DNA of 64,000 nucleotides from an uncultured Syntrophaceae bacterium (GCA_964564625.1 CAZMBE010000012.1:6011-70010); one strand, 5' to 3'; shown: positions 1-9,805, counted from the stretch's first letter. The notes: a model not told the origin generated them from the sequence alone. Made by a program: numbers and translations.

Positions 1-2
1 AG

Positions 3-89
3 GATGTACCAATCAATAATGTGGAAGTCTTGAATTTCATCAGGGAACATATCCAGGAGGGCCTGAAGGAAATAGGGATGGAAGCATGA
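3..89 (+). CDS. 3' end of an upstream gene (partial, unidentified)
   Basis: Open frame from window start reading DVPINNVEVLNFIREHIQEGLKEIGMEA* and ending at TGA 87-89; too short to assign a family. Confidence 0.4.
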   Translation, partial: DVPINNVEVLNFIREHIQEGLKEIGMEA

Positions 90-120
90 ACTATGTATTA
101 ACACAAGGAGGAATTAGTGC

Positions 121-627
121 ATGAAAGCAAAAGCGGGAAATGTTGATATTGATATATCAAAGGAATTTACACCGGAACAACTCAAAAAGCTAGACGAAAT
201 CATTGCCGAGAATAAAGACAAAGCGGGGGCATTGATTCCTGTTTTGGAGCAGGCGCAGATGGTACTTGAATTCCTGCCCATGCCCATCCTGAAAATCATC
301 GCCAGCGGGCTCAATCTGCCGTTAAGCAGAGTATATGGAGTGGTGACGTTCTATTCATTCTTTACGATGTCCCCCCGCGGCAAGCACACTATGCGCGTGT
401 GTCTGGGTACTGCCTGTTATGTCCGCGGCGGTAAATTAATATACGAGGCCATCAAGAAAGATCTCCATGTAGAGGAAGGCGAAACCACCCCTGACAGGCT
501 CTTCACACTGGAAACAGTGCGCTGCGTAGGCGCATGCGGACTCGGACCGGTCATTTTCGTCGGCGAGGATGTCCACGGAAGATTAAAACCAGCGAAGGTC
601 AAAGATGTAATAAAGCAATACAATTAA
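121..627 (+). CDS. NuoE/HydC-like [2Fe-2S] subunit of NAD(P)-linked FDH complex
   Basis: Motifs CLGTACYVRG and VRCVGACGLGP, LIPVLEQAQ, GVVTFYSFF; RBS AGGAGG upstream. Confidence 0.93.
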   Translation: MKAKAGNVDIDISKEFTPEQLKKLDEIIAENKDKAGALIPVLEQAQMVLEFLPMPILKIIASGLNLPLSRVYGVVTFYSFFTMSPRGKHTMRVCLGTACYVRGGKLIYEAIKKDLHVEEGETTPDRLFTLETVRCVGACGLGPVIFVGEDVHGRLKPAKVKDVIKQYN

Positions 628-650
628 TATAAAGGATGAGGGATAGAGCT

Positions 651-1019
651 ATGGCAAAATTATCGATAGCAGATTTGAAGAAAATCAAGGAAAAGGTACA
701 CTCGGAAACCTCTTTGAGAGAGGGCGGCCAGCGTGCGAAAATTACCGTGCACATGGGTACATGTGGTGTTGCCGCCGGCGCGAGAGCAGTGATGGATTCA
801 TTGATGAATGAAATTTCGGAAGCAGCGGTAACGGATGTCATTGTGACAACATCCGGCTGTGCAGGCATGTGCAGCAAAGAACCTATGGTCACGGTAGAAA
901 TACTCGGGAAGGAACCGATCGTGTACGGACAGATGGACGCAAACAAGATGCGCCAGGTGTTCAAACGGCACGTCCAGCAGGGAGAAGTGCAAACCATGTT
1001 TGCGATTGCCCGGGGCTAG
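651..1019 (+). CDS. Thioredoxin-like [2Fe-2S] ferredoxin subunit (HydD/HndB-like)
   Basis: HMGTCGVAAGA and SGCAGMCSKEP motifs; ORF track starts at 636, ATG 651 preferred. Confidence 0.85.
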   Translation: MAKLSIADLKKIKEKVHSETSLREGGQRAKITVHMGTCGVAAGARAVMDSLMNEISEAAVTDVIVTTSGCAGMCSKEPMVTVEILGKEPIVYGQMDANKMRQVFKRHVQQGEVQTMFAIARG

Positions 1020-1038
1020 GGCTATAGGGAAAACTGTG

Positions 1039-1066
1039 AAGGGGCGCGCGAATGCTCCCTTTTTGA
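1039..1066 (+). other. Intra-operon hairpin followed by T-run
   Basis: AAGGGGC-GCGCGAAT-GCTCCCTT then TTT, between two operon genes; attenuator or mRNA-stability element possible. Confidence 0.3.
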
Positions 1067-1103
1067 ATCATGATATAACTACGTGAAGGAGGATAATATC
1101 CAC

Positions 1104-4100
1104 ATGAAAGTGTTTCGTTCGCATTTTTTGATCTGTGGAGGAACCGGATGTCACGCTTCCGGAACCCTTAAAGTAAAACAGGCGTTGCAGGGAGAGATTG
1201 ATAAGCGGGGATTTTCAGATCAGGTAAGAATTGTTGAAACCGGATGCAACGGTTTCTGTGCCCTGGGTCCCATCATGGTGGCCTATCCGGAGGGCGTTAT
1301 TTACATGTCCATGAAACCGGAAGACATGCCCGAATTGGTGGAAGAGCATCTCGTGAAGGGGAGAATTCTGGAGCGGCTTCTCTACAGAGAACCGACGACT
1401 CAAGAACATCTGCCCACGATGCAGGACATTCCCTTTTTTGCTCTCCAGAAGTTGATTGTATTGAAAAACAGAGGGAAGATCGATCCGGAAAACATTGATG
1501 AGGCAATTGCCAGGGACGGTTACGCCGGAATGGCGAAAGCCCTGACGGAGATGACACCTGAACAGATCATCAAGGAAGTGCTGGATTCAGGTTTGCGAGG
1601 AAGAGGCGGCGCCGGCTTCCCTACGGGTCTTAAATGGAAGTTCTGTTCCCAGTCTCCCGGTGATGTAAAATACATCCTGTGCAACGCCGACGAGGGCGAC
1701 CCGGGTGCATTCATGGACAGAAGTGTTTTAGAGGCAGATCCCCATGCCCTTCTTGAAGGCATGGTCATTGGCGCCAAGGCGATCGGGGCGCATCAGGGTT
1801 ACATATACTGCCGCGCAGAGTACCCCCTGGCCCTTCATCGCTTGGAAATCGCCATCAAACAGGCAAAGGAATACGGGCTGTTGGGAAAGAATATCCTTGG
1901 CACGGGTTTTGATGTTGATATTGAAATCTATCAGGGCGCGGGCGCATTCGTCTGCGGTGAAGAGACTGCATTGATGACATCCATCGAGGGCAAGCGCGGC
2001 ATGCCGCGACCAAGACCGCCCTTCCCCGCCATTGCCGGTCTCTGGCAGAAACCGTCCGTTTTGAATAACGTTGAAACCTTTGCAAGCATCGGTCAGATTA
2101 TCCTTAACGGCGCATCCTGGTATAACGCGATAGGGACTGAACGGAGCAAGGGCACGAAGGTCTTCGCCCTCACCGGTGATGTGAACAATGTCGGCCTTGT
2201 GGAAGTTCCCATGGGGACCACCCTCGGACAGATCGTCTATGACATCGGCGGCGGTATCCCCGGGGGGAAGAAGTTCAAGGCCGCTCAGCTGGGCGGTCCT
2301 TCCGGCGGCTGCATTCCCGTAGAACACCTCAACGCGCCGGTCGATTTTGAAAGAGTTACAGAGCTGGGAGCCATCATGGGTTCCGGCGGTATGATCGTTC
2401 TCAACGAGGACAAGTGCGCTGTGGACATGGCCCGCTTCTTTATGGATTTCGTCCAGGATGAATCCTGCGGGAAGTGTACTCCCTGCCGGGAAGGAACAAA
2501 GAGGATGCTGGAGCTGCTCACCAACATCACCAAGGGCAAAGGAAGGGAAGGAGATATTGAACTCCTCCAAGAGATGGCCGGTATCATCAAAAATGCCTCT
2601 CTTTGCGGACTCGGCCAGACGGCCCCAAACCCGGTCCTCAGCACCATAAGGTACTTCAGGGATGAGTACGAGGCGCACATTAGAGATAAGAAATGCAAGG
2701 CTGTTGTGTGTTCGGCCCTCTTCAAATCACCGTGTCAGCATACATGTCCCGCGGGAATGGACGTACCTGCATACCTCGCTCTTATCCGGGCGGAACGTTT
2801 AAGCGATGCGTATAAAGTCATGTTAAGAACAAACCCCTTCCCCTCCGTATGCGGCAGAGTGTGTGACCATAAGTGCCAGGCAAAGTGCCGCAGGGGCAAT
2901 CTTGATGAGCCCCTTGCAATTAAATTCCTGAAGAGGTTCATCACCGATAACGCACCAAGACCCGAAACGAAGGCTGTTCCTGTTACCAGGAAAGAGAAGA
3001 TCGCCGTGATCGGTGCGGGGCCCGCGGGCTTGACGGCAGCGCGAGATCTTGCCCTTCGAGGATATAAGGTAACCGTCTTCGAAGAACTCTCTGAACCGGG
3101 CGGAATGCTCCGATGGGCCATTCCCTCGTACAGACTCCCCAGGAACACCCTGGCCAGTGAGATCAAAGACAATGTAGAATCACTTGGAGTGGAAATCAAG
3201 TGCAACACTCGTGTCGGCAAAGATATTTCCTTTGAAAAGGTAAACAAAGAGTTTGATTATATCTTCTTAGCTTCCGGTGCCCATAAGAGTCAGCCCATGG
3301 GCGTACCGGGAGAAAACCTGAAAGGCGTCTACGGCGGTGTTGAGTTCCTGCGAGATTTCAATGCCAACGAAGCAGCCTGGATAAGCGGTGAGAAATCGCT
3401 GGGTTCGAAAGTCGCCGTCATCGGCGGCGGCAATTCGGCGATTGATGCCGCCCGTGTCGCGCTTCGTCTCGGCGCGAACGTAACCATCCTCTATCGCCGT
3501 GAGAAAAAGGACATGCCTGCTGCAGAGGAAGAAATCATCGCTGCTGAGGAAGAAGGGATCAAAATTGATCTTCTCGTTGCCCCACTCAAGATTGAAGAGA
3601 AAGATGGCAAGGTAACGGGGATTACCTGTGAACGGATGAAACTCGGTGATTTTGACAGGAGCGGGAGGAAAAGACCTGTCGCAATTCCGGGGTCACAATT
3701 CACTCTCAGCGTGGATGCCGTAATTGCATCAATCGGTCAGGTGCCGGATATGACCTTTGTCCCCAAGGACAGCGGTGTTAGTGTCAACAAGTGGTCTACG
3801 TTTGATCTGGCCGCGGGATCCAAGTCTCAGACGACCAATCCGAAGTTCTTCACGGGTGGCGACGCCCTGACAGGACCGGATACCGTCATCGGCGCCATTG
3901 CTGCCGGACATCAGGCTGCAAACGATATGGATGCCTATATACGACAGCTCAATGGTGAGCCCGCATATGAGGCGCCGCCGGAAGAAGAGATAAAGATCCC
4001 CTTCATCATTGATGAAGAGTCCGAAGAAGCGCCTCAGGCAAAGATGCCTGAGTTGCACGGCCCAGACAGGAAGCGAAACTTCAAGGAAGTCGAGCTTGGA

Positions 4101-4166
4101 TATAAAAAGCTCGTAGCAGTCATGGAAGCAAGCCGCTGTCTGCGGTGTGATGCCGAAATAAGCTGA
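1104..4166 (+). CDS. NuoF/HydB-like FMN/NADH subunit fused to a C-terminal GltD/NfnB-like FAD/NADPH domain
   Basis: N-terminal CGGTGC..GCNGFC; GLRGRGGAGF, NADEGDPGAFMDR, GAGAFVCGEETAL, ESCGKCTPCREG..CGLG; then PCQHTCP..CGRVCDHKCQAKC, VIGAGPAGL, VIGGGNSAIDAA, YRR, TGGDALTGP, C-terminal RCLRCD. ATG 1104 follows AGGAGG. Confidence 0.93.
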   Translation: MKVFRSHFLICGGTGCHASGTLKVKQALQGEIDKRGFSDQVRIVETGCNGFCALGPIMVAYPEGVIYMSMKPEDMPELVEEHLVKGRILERLLYREPTTQEHLPTMQDIPFFALQKLIVLKNRGKIDPENIDEAIARDGYAGMAKALTEMTPEQIIKEVLDSGLRGRGGAGFPTGLKWKFCSQSPGDVKYILCNADEGDPGAFMDRSVLEADPHALLEGMVIGAKAIGAHQGYIYCRAEYPLALHRLEIAIKQAKEYGLLGKNILGTGFDVDIEIYQGAGAFVCGEETALMTSIEGKRGMPRPRPPFPAIAGLWQKPSVLNNVETFASIGQIILNGASWYNAIGTERSKGTKVFALTGDVNNVGLVEVPMGTTLGQIVYDIGGGIPGGKKFKAAQLGGPSGGCIPVEHLNAPVDFERVTELGAIMGSGGMIVLNEDKCAVDMARFFMDFVQDESCGKCTPCREGTKRMLELLTNITKGKGREGDIELLQEMAGIIKNASLCGLGQTAPNPVLSTIRYFRDEYEAHIRDKKCKAVVCSALFKSPCQHTCPAGMDVPAYLALIRAERLSDAYKVMLRTNPFPSVCGRVCDHKCQAKCRRGNLDEPLAIKFLKRFITDNAPRPETKAVPVTRKEKIAVIGAGPAGLTAARDLALRGYKVTVFEELSEPGGMLRWAIPSYRLPRNTLASEIKDNVESLGVEIKCNTRVGKDISFEKVNKEFDYIFLASGAHKSQPMGVPGENLKGVYGGVEFLRDFNANEAAWISGEKSLGSKVAVIGGGNSAIDAARVALRLGANVTILYRREKKDMPAAEEEIIAAEEEGIKIDLLVAPLKIEEKDGKVTGITCERMKLGDFDRSGRKRPVAIPGSQFTLSVDAVIASIGQVPDMTFVPKDSGVSVNKWSTFDLAAGSKSQTTNPKFFTGGDALTGPDTVIGAIAAGHQAANDMDAYIRQLNGEPAYEAPPEEEIKIPFIIDEESEEAPQAKMPELHGPDRKRNFKEVELGYKKLVAVMEASRCLRCDAEIS

Positions 4167-4201
4167 TATTCTTTGATCTAGAAATTTGAAAGGAGTGCAT
4201 A

Positions 4202-6898
4202 ATGTCAACAAACAAGGTTACATTGACTATTGATGGAAAGGAGATACAGGCAACCCCCGGGCAAACAATCCTGGAAGTCGCCCGTGACAACGGCATATAT
4301 ATACCGACTCTCTGTCAATATGGGAAAACCACAAACGTCGGCGCTTGCCGCGTATGTGTTGTTGAGGTTCAGGGAGCCAGAACACTGGTGGCTTCCTGCT
4401 GTATGCCCATCAACCAGGGTATGGTTATTAAGACTGAAACTCCGGCCGTCAAAGCTGCGCAGAAACTGGTGGTCGAACTTCTGTGGTCATCAGGAGATCA
4501 TAACTGCTTGACCTGCGAACAGAATGGAAATTGCGAGCTGCAGAATCTGGTATATTGGCTGGGAATCGAGAAACCCCGGTTTGAAATATCACCCCCCGGG
4601 TACCCCATTGAAACAACCAACTCGATGATCCAGCGGGATCTCAACAAGTGTATCCTCTGCGGCAGGTGCGTTAGGGCCTGCAACGAAATTCAGGTAAACG
4701 AAGTCCTTGATTTTTCGAGACGGGGTTACCGCGCGAAGGTTGGTCCCGCATTCGATACAGATTATATCGACTCTATATGTTTCTTCTGCGGTGAGTGCGT
4801 CGACTCCTGTCCCGTAGGAGCGATTACATTCAAACAGGCTCGATTTGGGGGCCGTCCGTGGGAACTCAAGAAGGTCCGTACAACGTGCACCTACTGCGGC
4901 GTGGGGTGCCAGATGGATCTTAATATACACGGCGGCAAAATCGTGAAGGTCACAGGGAATCGCGAATACGGCCAGCCAAACGAAGGCAGTCTCTGTGTCA
5001 AGGGCAGGTTCGGCATGGATTTTGTGCATAGCCCGGAACGCTTGAAGACCCCCCTGATCCGGAAAGAAGGGGAATTGAAAGAGGCAAGCTGGGATGAGGC
5101 GTACACCTACATTGCTGATAAATTATCGGCCATCAAGAAGGCAAATGGATCCGACAGCATTGCAGGCTTCTCTTCCGCGCGGGTTACCAATGAGGAAAAC
5201 TATCTTTTCCAGAAATTCATGAGGGCGGTGATCGGAACCAACAATGTCGATCACTGCGCCCGGCTTTGACACTCTTCCACAGTGGCCGGTCTGGCCGCTA
5301 CCTTTGGAAGTGGTGCAATGACTAATTCCATCGACGAAATTGAATACACGAACGCCATTTTCGCAATCGGCACCAACACGACGGAAAACCATCCCGTTAT
5401 AGGCGCCAAGATAAAAAGGGCCGTACGGCAGAGAGGGGCGAAGCTTATCGTCGCCGATCCGAGGGAAATCGATCTGGTGAAATACGCCACCATCTGGCTT
5501 CGCCAGAAGCCCGGCACTGACGTCGCCCTGCTGAACGGTATGATGAACGTCATAATTTCTGAAGGGCTCTACGCGAAGCAATACGTGGAAGATCGCACAG
5601 AAGGCTTCGAAGCAATGAAAAAAGTTGTGGAAAAATACACCCCTGAGTATGCTGAAAAAATCTGTGGCGTGCCGGCAGAAGATATCAAAGCGGCTGCAAG
5701 GATATACGCAGGGGCTGAAAAGGCATCTATTCTTTATACCATGGGAATCACCCAGCACACAACAGGAGTAGACAACGTCAAATCCTGCGCCAACCTGGCC
5801 ATGCTCTGCGGAAATGTGGGAGTTGAAGGGGGCGGCGTGAATCCCCTGAGGGGCCAGAACAACGTTCAGGGCGCCTGCGACATGGGCGCACTCCCCGTCG
5901 TTTTCACCGGGTATCAGCCGGTAGGGAATGACGAGGCAAGAGCAAAATTTGAAAAGGCCTGGGGGGTGACATTGCCCGCGAAACCCGGTATTACCATCGT
6001 GGAAACGCTGAATGCCGCCCATGAAGGAAAGATAAAAGCATTGTATGTATGCGGCGAGAACCCCATGCTTTCCGATCCGGATCTCACGCACGCGAAAGAG
6101 GCGTTAAGCCATCTGGACCTTCTCATAGTGCAGGATATCCTTCTTTCAGAAACGGCCCAGCTTGCCCACGTCGTCCTTCCTGCGGCATGTTTCGCGGAGA
6201 AGGAAGGCACCTTCTCCAATACAGAAAGAAGAGTACAGCGCGTAAGGAAGGCCGTGGAAGCCCCCGGCCAGGCAAAGGCCGACTGGGAAATCATTGCAGA
6301 GTTATCCACAAAGATGGGGTATCCCATGAACTATGCAAATCCGGAAGCAATCATGACGGAAATTAATGCATTGACTCCGAGCTATGCGGGGATAACCTAC
6401 GACAGACTTGAAACAAGCGGCATTCAGTGGCCCTGTCCCAATGCATCCCATCCGGGAACCAAATATCTCCATATAGACCGGTTCTCTCGTGGTCTTGGCC
6501 TCATGAGCGCCATTGAATACAAGCCACCGGCAGAAGTCCCTGATAAGGAATATCCATTTGTGATGACGACAGGGCGTGTGCTGTATCAGTATCATACAGC
6601 CACAATGTCACGGCTGTCCAAGGGGATCATGGAACGATGTCCGGAATCCCTCGTGGAGATCCATCCTGACGATGCAGAAAAACTCGGCATCAAAGATGGT
6701 CAGCCGGCAAAGGTTTCATCACGACGCGGTGTTGTCCAGGCGAAGTCTCAAGTAACGACGCGGGTTCCTAAAGGGACTATCTTTATGAATTTCCACTTCA
6801 GGGAAGCAGCGGTGAATTTAATTACAAATCCGGCCCTTGATCCGGTCTGCAAGATTCCGGAATACAAGGTGTGCGCGGTCAAAGTAGAAGCAGCATAA
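4202..6898 (+). CDS. fdhA: Selenocysteine-containing formate dehydrogenase alpha subunit (Mo/W-bisPGD) with NuoG-like Fe-S N-terminus, 898 aa
   Basis: ORFs 4202-5269 and 5282-6898 share a frame and are separated only by TGA 5267-5269 in the context [15 protein letters not shown]; [38 protein letters not shown] motifs; SECIS-like hairpin follows. Confidence 0.95.
5267..5299 (+). promoter_or_regulatory. Bacterial SECIS element after in-frame UGA
   Basis: TGA CAC TCT TCC AC then stem AGTGGCC/GGCCGCT (5281-5299) with GGTCT loop, starting 11 nt after UGA. Confidence 0.85.
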
Positions 6899-6920
6899 AA
6901 AGATAAGAACACTAATCACG

Positions 6921-6948
6921 TTGCCCCGCTTCATTGCGGGGCAATTTA
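6921..6948 (+). terminator. Intrinsic terminator after fdhA
   Basis: Perfect 9-bp stem TTGCCCCGC/GCGGGGCAA, loop TTCATT, followed by TTTA. Confidence 0.7.
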
Positions 6949-6991
6949 TAAAGTAGCAAACAATTATTAGAAGACGGAGGAATTTGTATTT

Positions 6992-8233
6992 ATGAGTAAC
7001 GAGAATTTAGAAGGAAAGAGATGGTTTATTGCCATAGGGGCAATCATTATGCAGTTGTGTTTGGGGACGGTCTACGCCTGGTCCGTCTTCAAGAAACCCC
7101 TCATGACGACCCACGGCTGGGGTGAAACTTCTGTCCAGGCAACGTTCATGATCTGTATCGGCATGATCGGTATCGCCGCCGCCTTCGGCGGTACCCTGGT
7201 GGATAAAAAAGGCCCCAAGTTTGTGGCCACCATCGGCGGTATTTTGTTCGGTATCGGAACACTCCTTGCGGGCCTTGGGGATTCCATCGGCAACATCTAT
7301 CTGATCTGGCTCGGATTCGGTTTCATTGGCGGTCTGGGAAACGGCTTCGGCTACATCACTCCCATCGCCACGCTGATCCGCTGGTTCCCTGACAAGCGCG
7401 GTCTCGTGACGGGCCTTGCCGTCATGGGATTCGGCGCCGGCGCGTTTTTCATGGGTAAGATCGCGCCTCCCATGGTCATTTCGATGGGTGTGGCAAATAC
7501 GTTCTACATCTGGGGCGTCATCTTCCTGGTTCTGTGCTTCGGAGCTGCCCAATTGTTCAAGAACCCCCCCAAGGGATGGCTCCCGGCGGGCTTCACCCCG
7601 AAAGCGGCAACCGGAGTTTCCGCCGCCGACTCGTTCACCTTTGACGAAGCCGTGAAGACACCCCAGTGGTGGATGCTTTGGGCCATGCTGTTTTTGAACG
7701 TGACCGCAGGCATCGGTTTGATTTCCCAACTATCCCCCATGGCCCAGGACGTGGTCCGAAAAGCCAATCCTGATATGGCCGCTGCCGCCCTTGCCGTCGT
7801 CGGTGGATCCATCCTTGCGTACGCGTCTATTTTCAATGGTTTGGGGCGTCTCTTCTGGGCATGGACATCCGATGCCATCGGAAGGAAGAATGTCTTCATC
7901 ACCATGTTCATCACCCAGGCGATTCTCTATTTTATTCTGCCGCAGATCAGCAGTCAGTTCATCTTCACCGTTATCGCCTGCTACCTGCTGGCCTGTTACG
8001 GCGGCGGCTTCGCCACCATGCCTGCATTCGCGGCGGACTCCTTCGGTCCCGGCTACATCGGGAAGGTGTACGGCATCATGCTGACGGCGTGGGGTGCGGC
8101 AGGTGTGGTTGGGCCCCTTGTATTTGCCGAAATTAAATCAATCGCTGTCTATGTTGCCGGTGCGATACTTGTCGTTGGCTTCATCATTGCGCTCAGCTAC
8201 AAGAGACCGGCGCCGAAATCGGCAAAGGCGTAG
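6992..8233 (+). CDS. OFA (oxalate/formate antiporter-like)/MCT family MFS carboxylate transporter
   Basis: 12 hydrophobic segments; GTVYAWSVF, RWFPDKRGLVTG, FNGLGRLFW, SDAIGRK, YGGGFATMP, YGIMLTAWG motifs. Confidence 0.9.
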   Translation: MSNENLEGKRWFIAIGAIIMQLCLGTVYAWSVFKKPLMTTHGWGETSVQATFMICIGMIGIAAAFGGTLVDKKGPKFVATIGGILFGIGTLLAGLGDSIGNIYLIWLGFGFIGGLGNGFGYITPIATLIRWFPDKRGLVTGLAVMGFGAGAFFMGKIAPPMVISMGVANTFYIWGVIFLVLCFGAAQLFKNPPKGWLPAGFTPKAATGVSAADSFTFDEAVKTPQWWMLWAMLFLNVTAGIGLISQLSPMAQDVVRKANPDMAAAALAVVGGSILAYASIFNGLGRLFWAWTSDAIGRKNVFITMFITQAILYFILPQISSQFIFTVIACYLLACYGGGFATMPAFAADSFGPGYIGKVYGIMLTAWGAAGVVGPLVFAEIKSIAVYVAGAILVVGFIIALSYKRPAPKSAKA

Positions 8234-8249
8234 CAGTACCTTTTTCAAA

Positions 8250-8310
8250 GAAACACCGGGGCGGGTTTTCTCTCGTATATCGTACATGAGAAGAAAATCC
8301 GCCTCGTTTC
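8250..8310 (+). terminator. Long hairpin downstream of the MFS gene
   Basis: GGCGGGTTTTCT (8260-8271) pairs with AGAAAATCCGCC (8292-8303), extended by GAAAC/GTTTC and CTC/GAG. Confidence 0.5.
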
Positions 8311-8494
8311 CTTACACATCCTCATGCCACCTTGGGCGCCACGAGGATTGAACGCTGTCCCCGTCCACGATACACACATTCGAGGGCAGGCTCCGGTGGG
8401 GAATGAGGATCCATACCTGACACATCTCCCTTTTCTCAAAAGGAGATGTGTGGTACTATGTTCGCACTAAAATTTCTATGGGAGGAATAGAGAA

Positions 8495-8959
8495 ATGGGA
8501 AACACACTGAACTCAGCAATTGCAATTGCGATTTCGAAGGAACAAGAGGCCTATGATTTTTATATGGACCTTTACAACAAGGTGGAAGACAAGGAGGCGA
8601 AGAGCACCCTGAAGTACATCGCCCAGGAAGAAGCCAAACACAAGGAATTTCTGACCACCTGTCAGGAAGGCCAGTTCTGCTCGGCAGTCTTGAAGCTTGA
8701 GACGCCCGTTGATTATAAAATCATAGAACACATGGAAAAACCGGATATTAAAAAGAACATAAAAAGCGCGGAAATCTATCTTATCGCCGCCGACAGGGAA
8801 CTTAACGCGTATAACTTTTACAAAAGTCTGGCGGACAGCCATCCCGCGGGCGATGTAAAAGATCTCTTGAACAAGATGGCAAGCGAAGAGATGAAACACA
8901 AGGAAAAGATGGAGTACCTTTACTCCAATACGGCCTTCCCGCAGACTGCAGGCGGTTGA
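8495..8959 (+). CDS. Ferritin-like/rubrerythrin-family diiron four-helix protein (no rubredoxin domain)
   Basis: Two E..E/EExxH repeats: KEQEAYDFY..EEAKHKE and RELNAYNFY..EEMKHKE; RBS GGAGG. Confidence 0.85.
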   Translation: MGNTLNSAIAIAISKEQEAYDFYMDLYNKVEDKEAKSTLKYIAQEEAKHKEFLTTCQEGQFCSAVLKLETPVDYKIIEHMEKPDIKKNIKSAEIYLIAADRELNAYNFYKSLADSHPAGDVKDLLNKMASEEMKHKEKMEYLYSNTAFPQTAGG

Positions 8960-9037
8960 TCGATTTTCTGAGATTTCATTATAGTTAAAGACTTATTATA
9001 ACCTGTATGGTGAAGTGTGTAAAAAAGAGGTAATGGC

Positions 9038-9652
9038 GTGATTGAAAAAAACGTAGTAACGGACTTTAGTGCAAGGATAACGGAGCCGGTTATCGATCCT
9101 ACCACCTATGTCCATCCTTTGGCAGCAGTGATCGGCAATGTCATCCTGGGAAAACATATCATGGTTTCCCCCATGGCATCCATCCGGGGCGATGAGGGGC
9201 AGCCGCTGCATGTCGGCGATCAGTCGAATGTCCAGGACGGAGTGGTAATCCACGCCCTGGAGACGGAGCTTGACGGGAAACCCGTGGAGAAAAATCTCTA
9301 TGAAGTCTCCGGCAGGAAATACGCCGTCTATGTGGGAAACCGCGTATCCCTGGCCCATCAGGTGCAGATTCACGGCCCTGCCGTGGTCATGGATGATACC
9401 TTTGTTGGCATGAAGACGTTAGTGTTCCGATCATCCGTGGGGAAGCAGTGTGTCATTGAACCGGGAGTCATTCTCATGGGGGTGTCCGTGCCCGATGGCC
9501 GCTACGTTCCCGCCGGATCCGTGATTAAGACTCAGGAGCAGGCTGATCAGCTCCCGGTAATTACTGACGACTATCCCATGAAAACCCTGAATAAGGGCGT
9601 CGTCCACGTCAATACAGCATTAGCGAAAGGGTATCTGGCGGTAAAGAAGTAA
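9038..9652 (+). CDS. Gamma-class carbonic anhydrase (Cam-like left-handed beta-helix)
   Basis: YVHPLAAVIGNV, SIRGDEG, SNVQDGVVIH, LAHQVQIHGP Zn-ligand His motifs, C-terminal VNTALAKGY; GTG start. Confidence 0.9.
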   Translation: MIEKNVVTDFSARITEPVIDPTTYVHPLAAVIGNVILGKHIMVSPMASIRGDEGQPLHVGDQSNVQDGVVIHALETELDGKPVEKNLYEVSGRKYAVYVGNRVSLAHQVQIHGPAVVMDDTFVGMKTLVFRSSVGKQCVIEPGVILMGVSVPDGRYVPAGSVIKTQEQADQLPVITDDYPMKTLNKGVVHVNTALAKGYLAVKK

Positions 9653-9805
9653 TCTTCTATAAAGTCACGAGTTGCGCGAAATTACAACCACGTAGACTTG
9701 ATAGTGGAACTGAACCAGGCAATGAGCGCCTTATTCTTCGTTTGCTGAGGGTTCAGCGAGGGAATGGGTAATAGTAGTATTCAGTGAGAATGTAAGATTC
9801 TCTTT

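Noticed and set aside
1728-2678. Long antisense ORFs (also 5123-6091 and 7007-7729)
   Set aside because: Shadow frames opposite well-supported genes, with no recognisable motifs.
5282-6898. Separate 538-aa gene called by the ORF track
   Set aside because: It is the in-frame continuation of fdhA after the Sec UGA; the GTG 'start' lies inside the SECIS.
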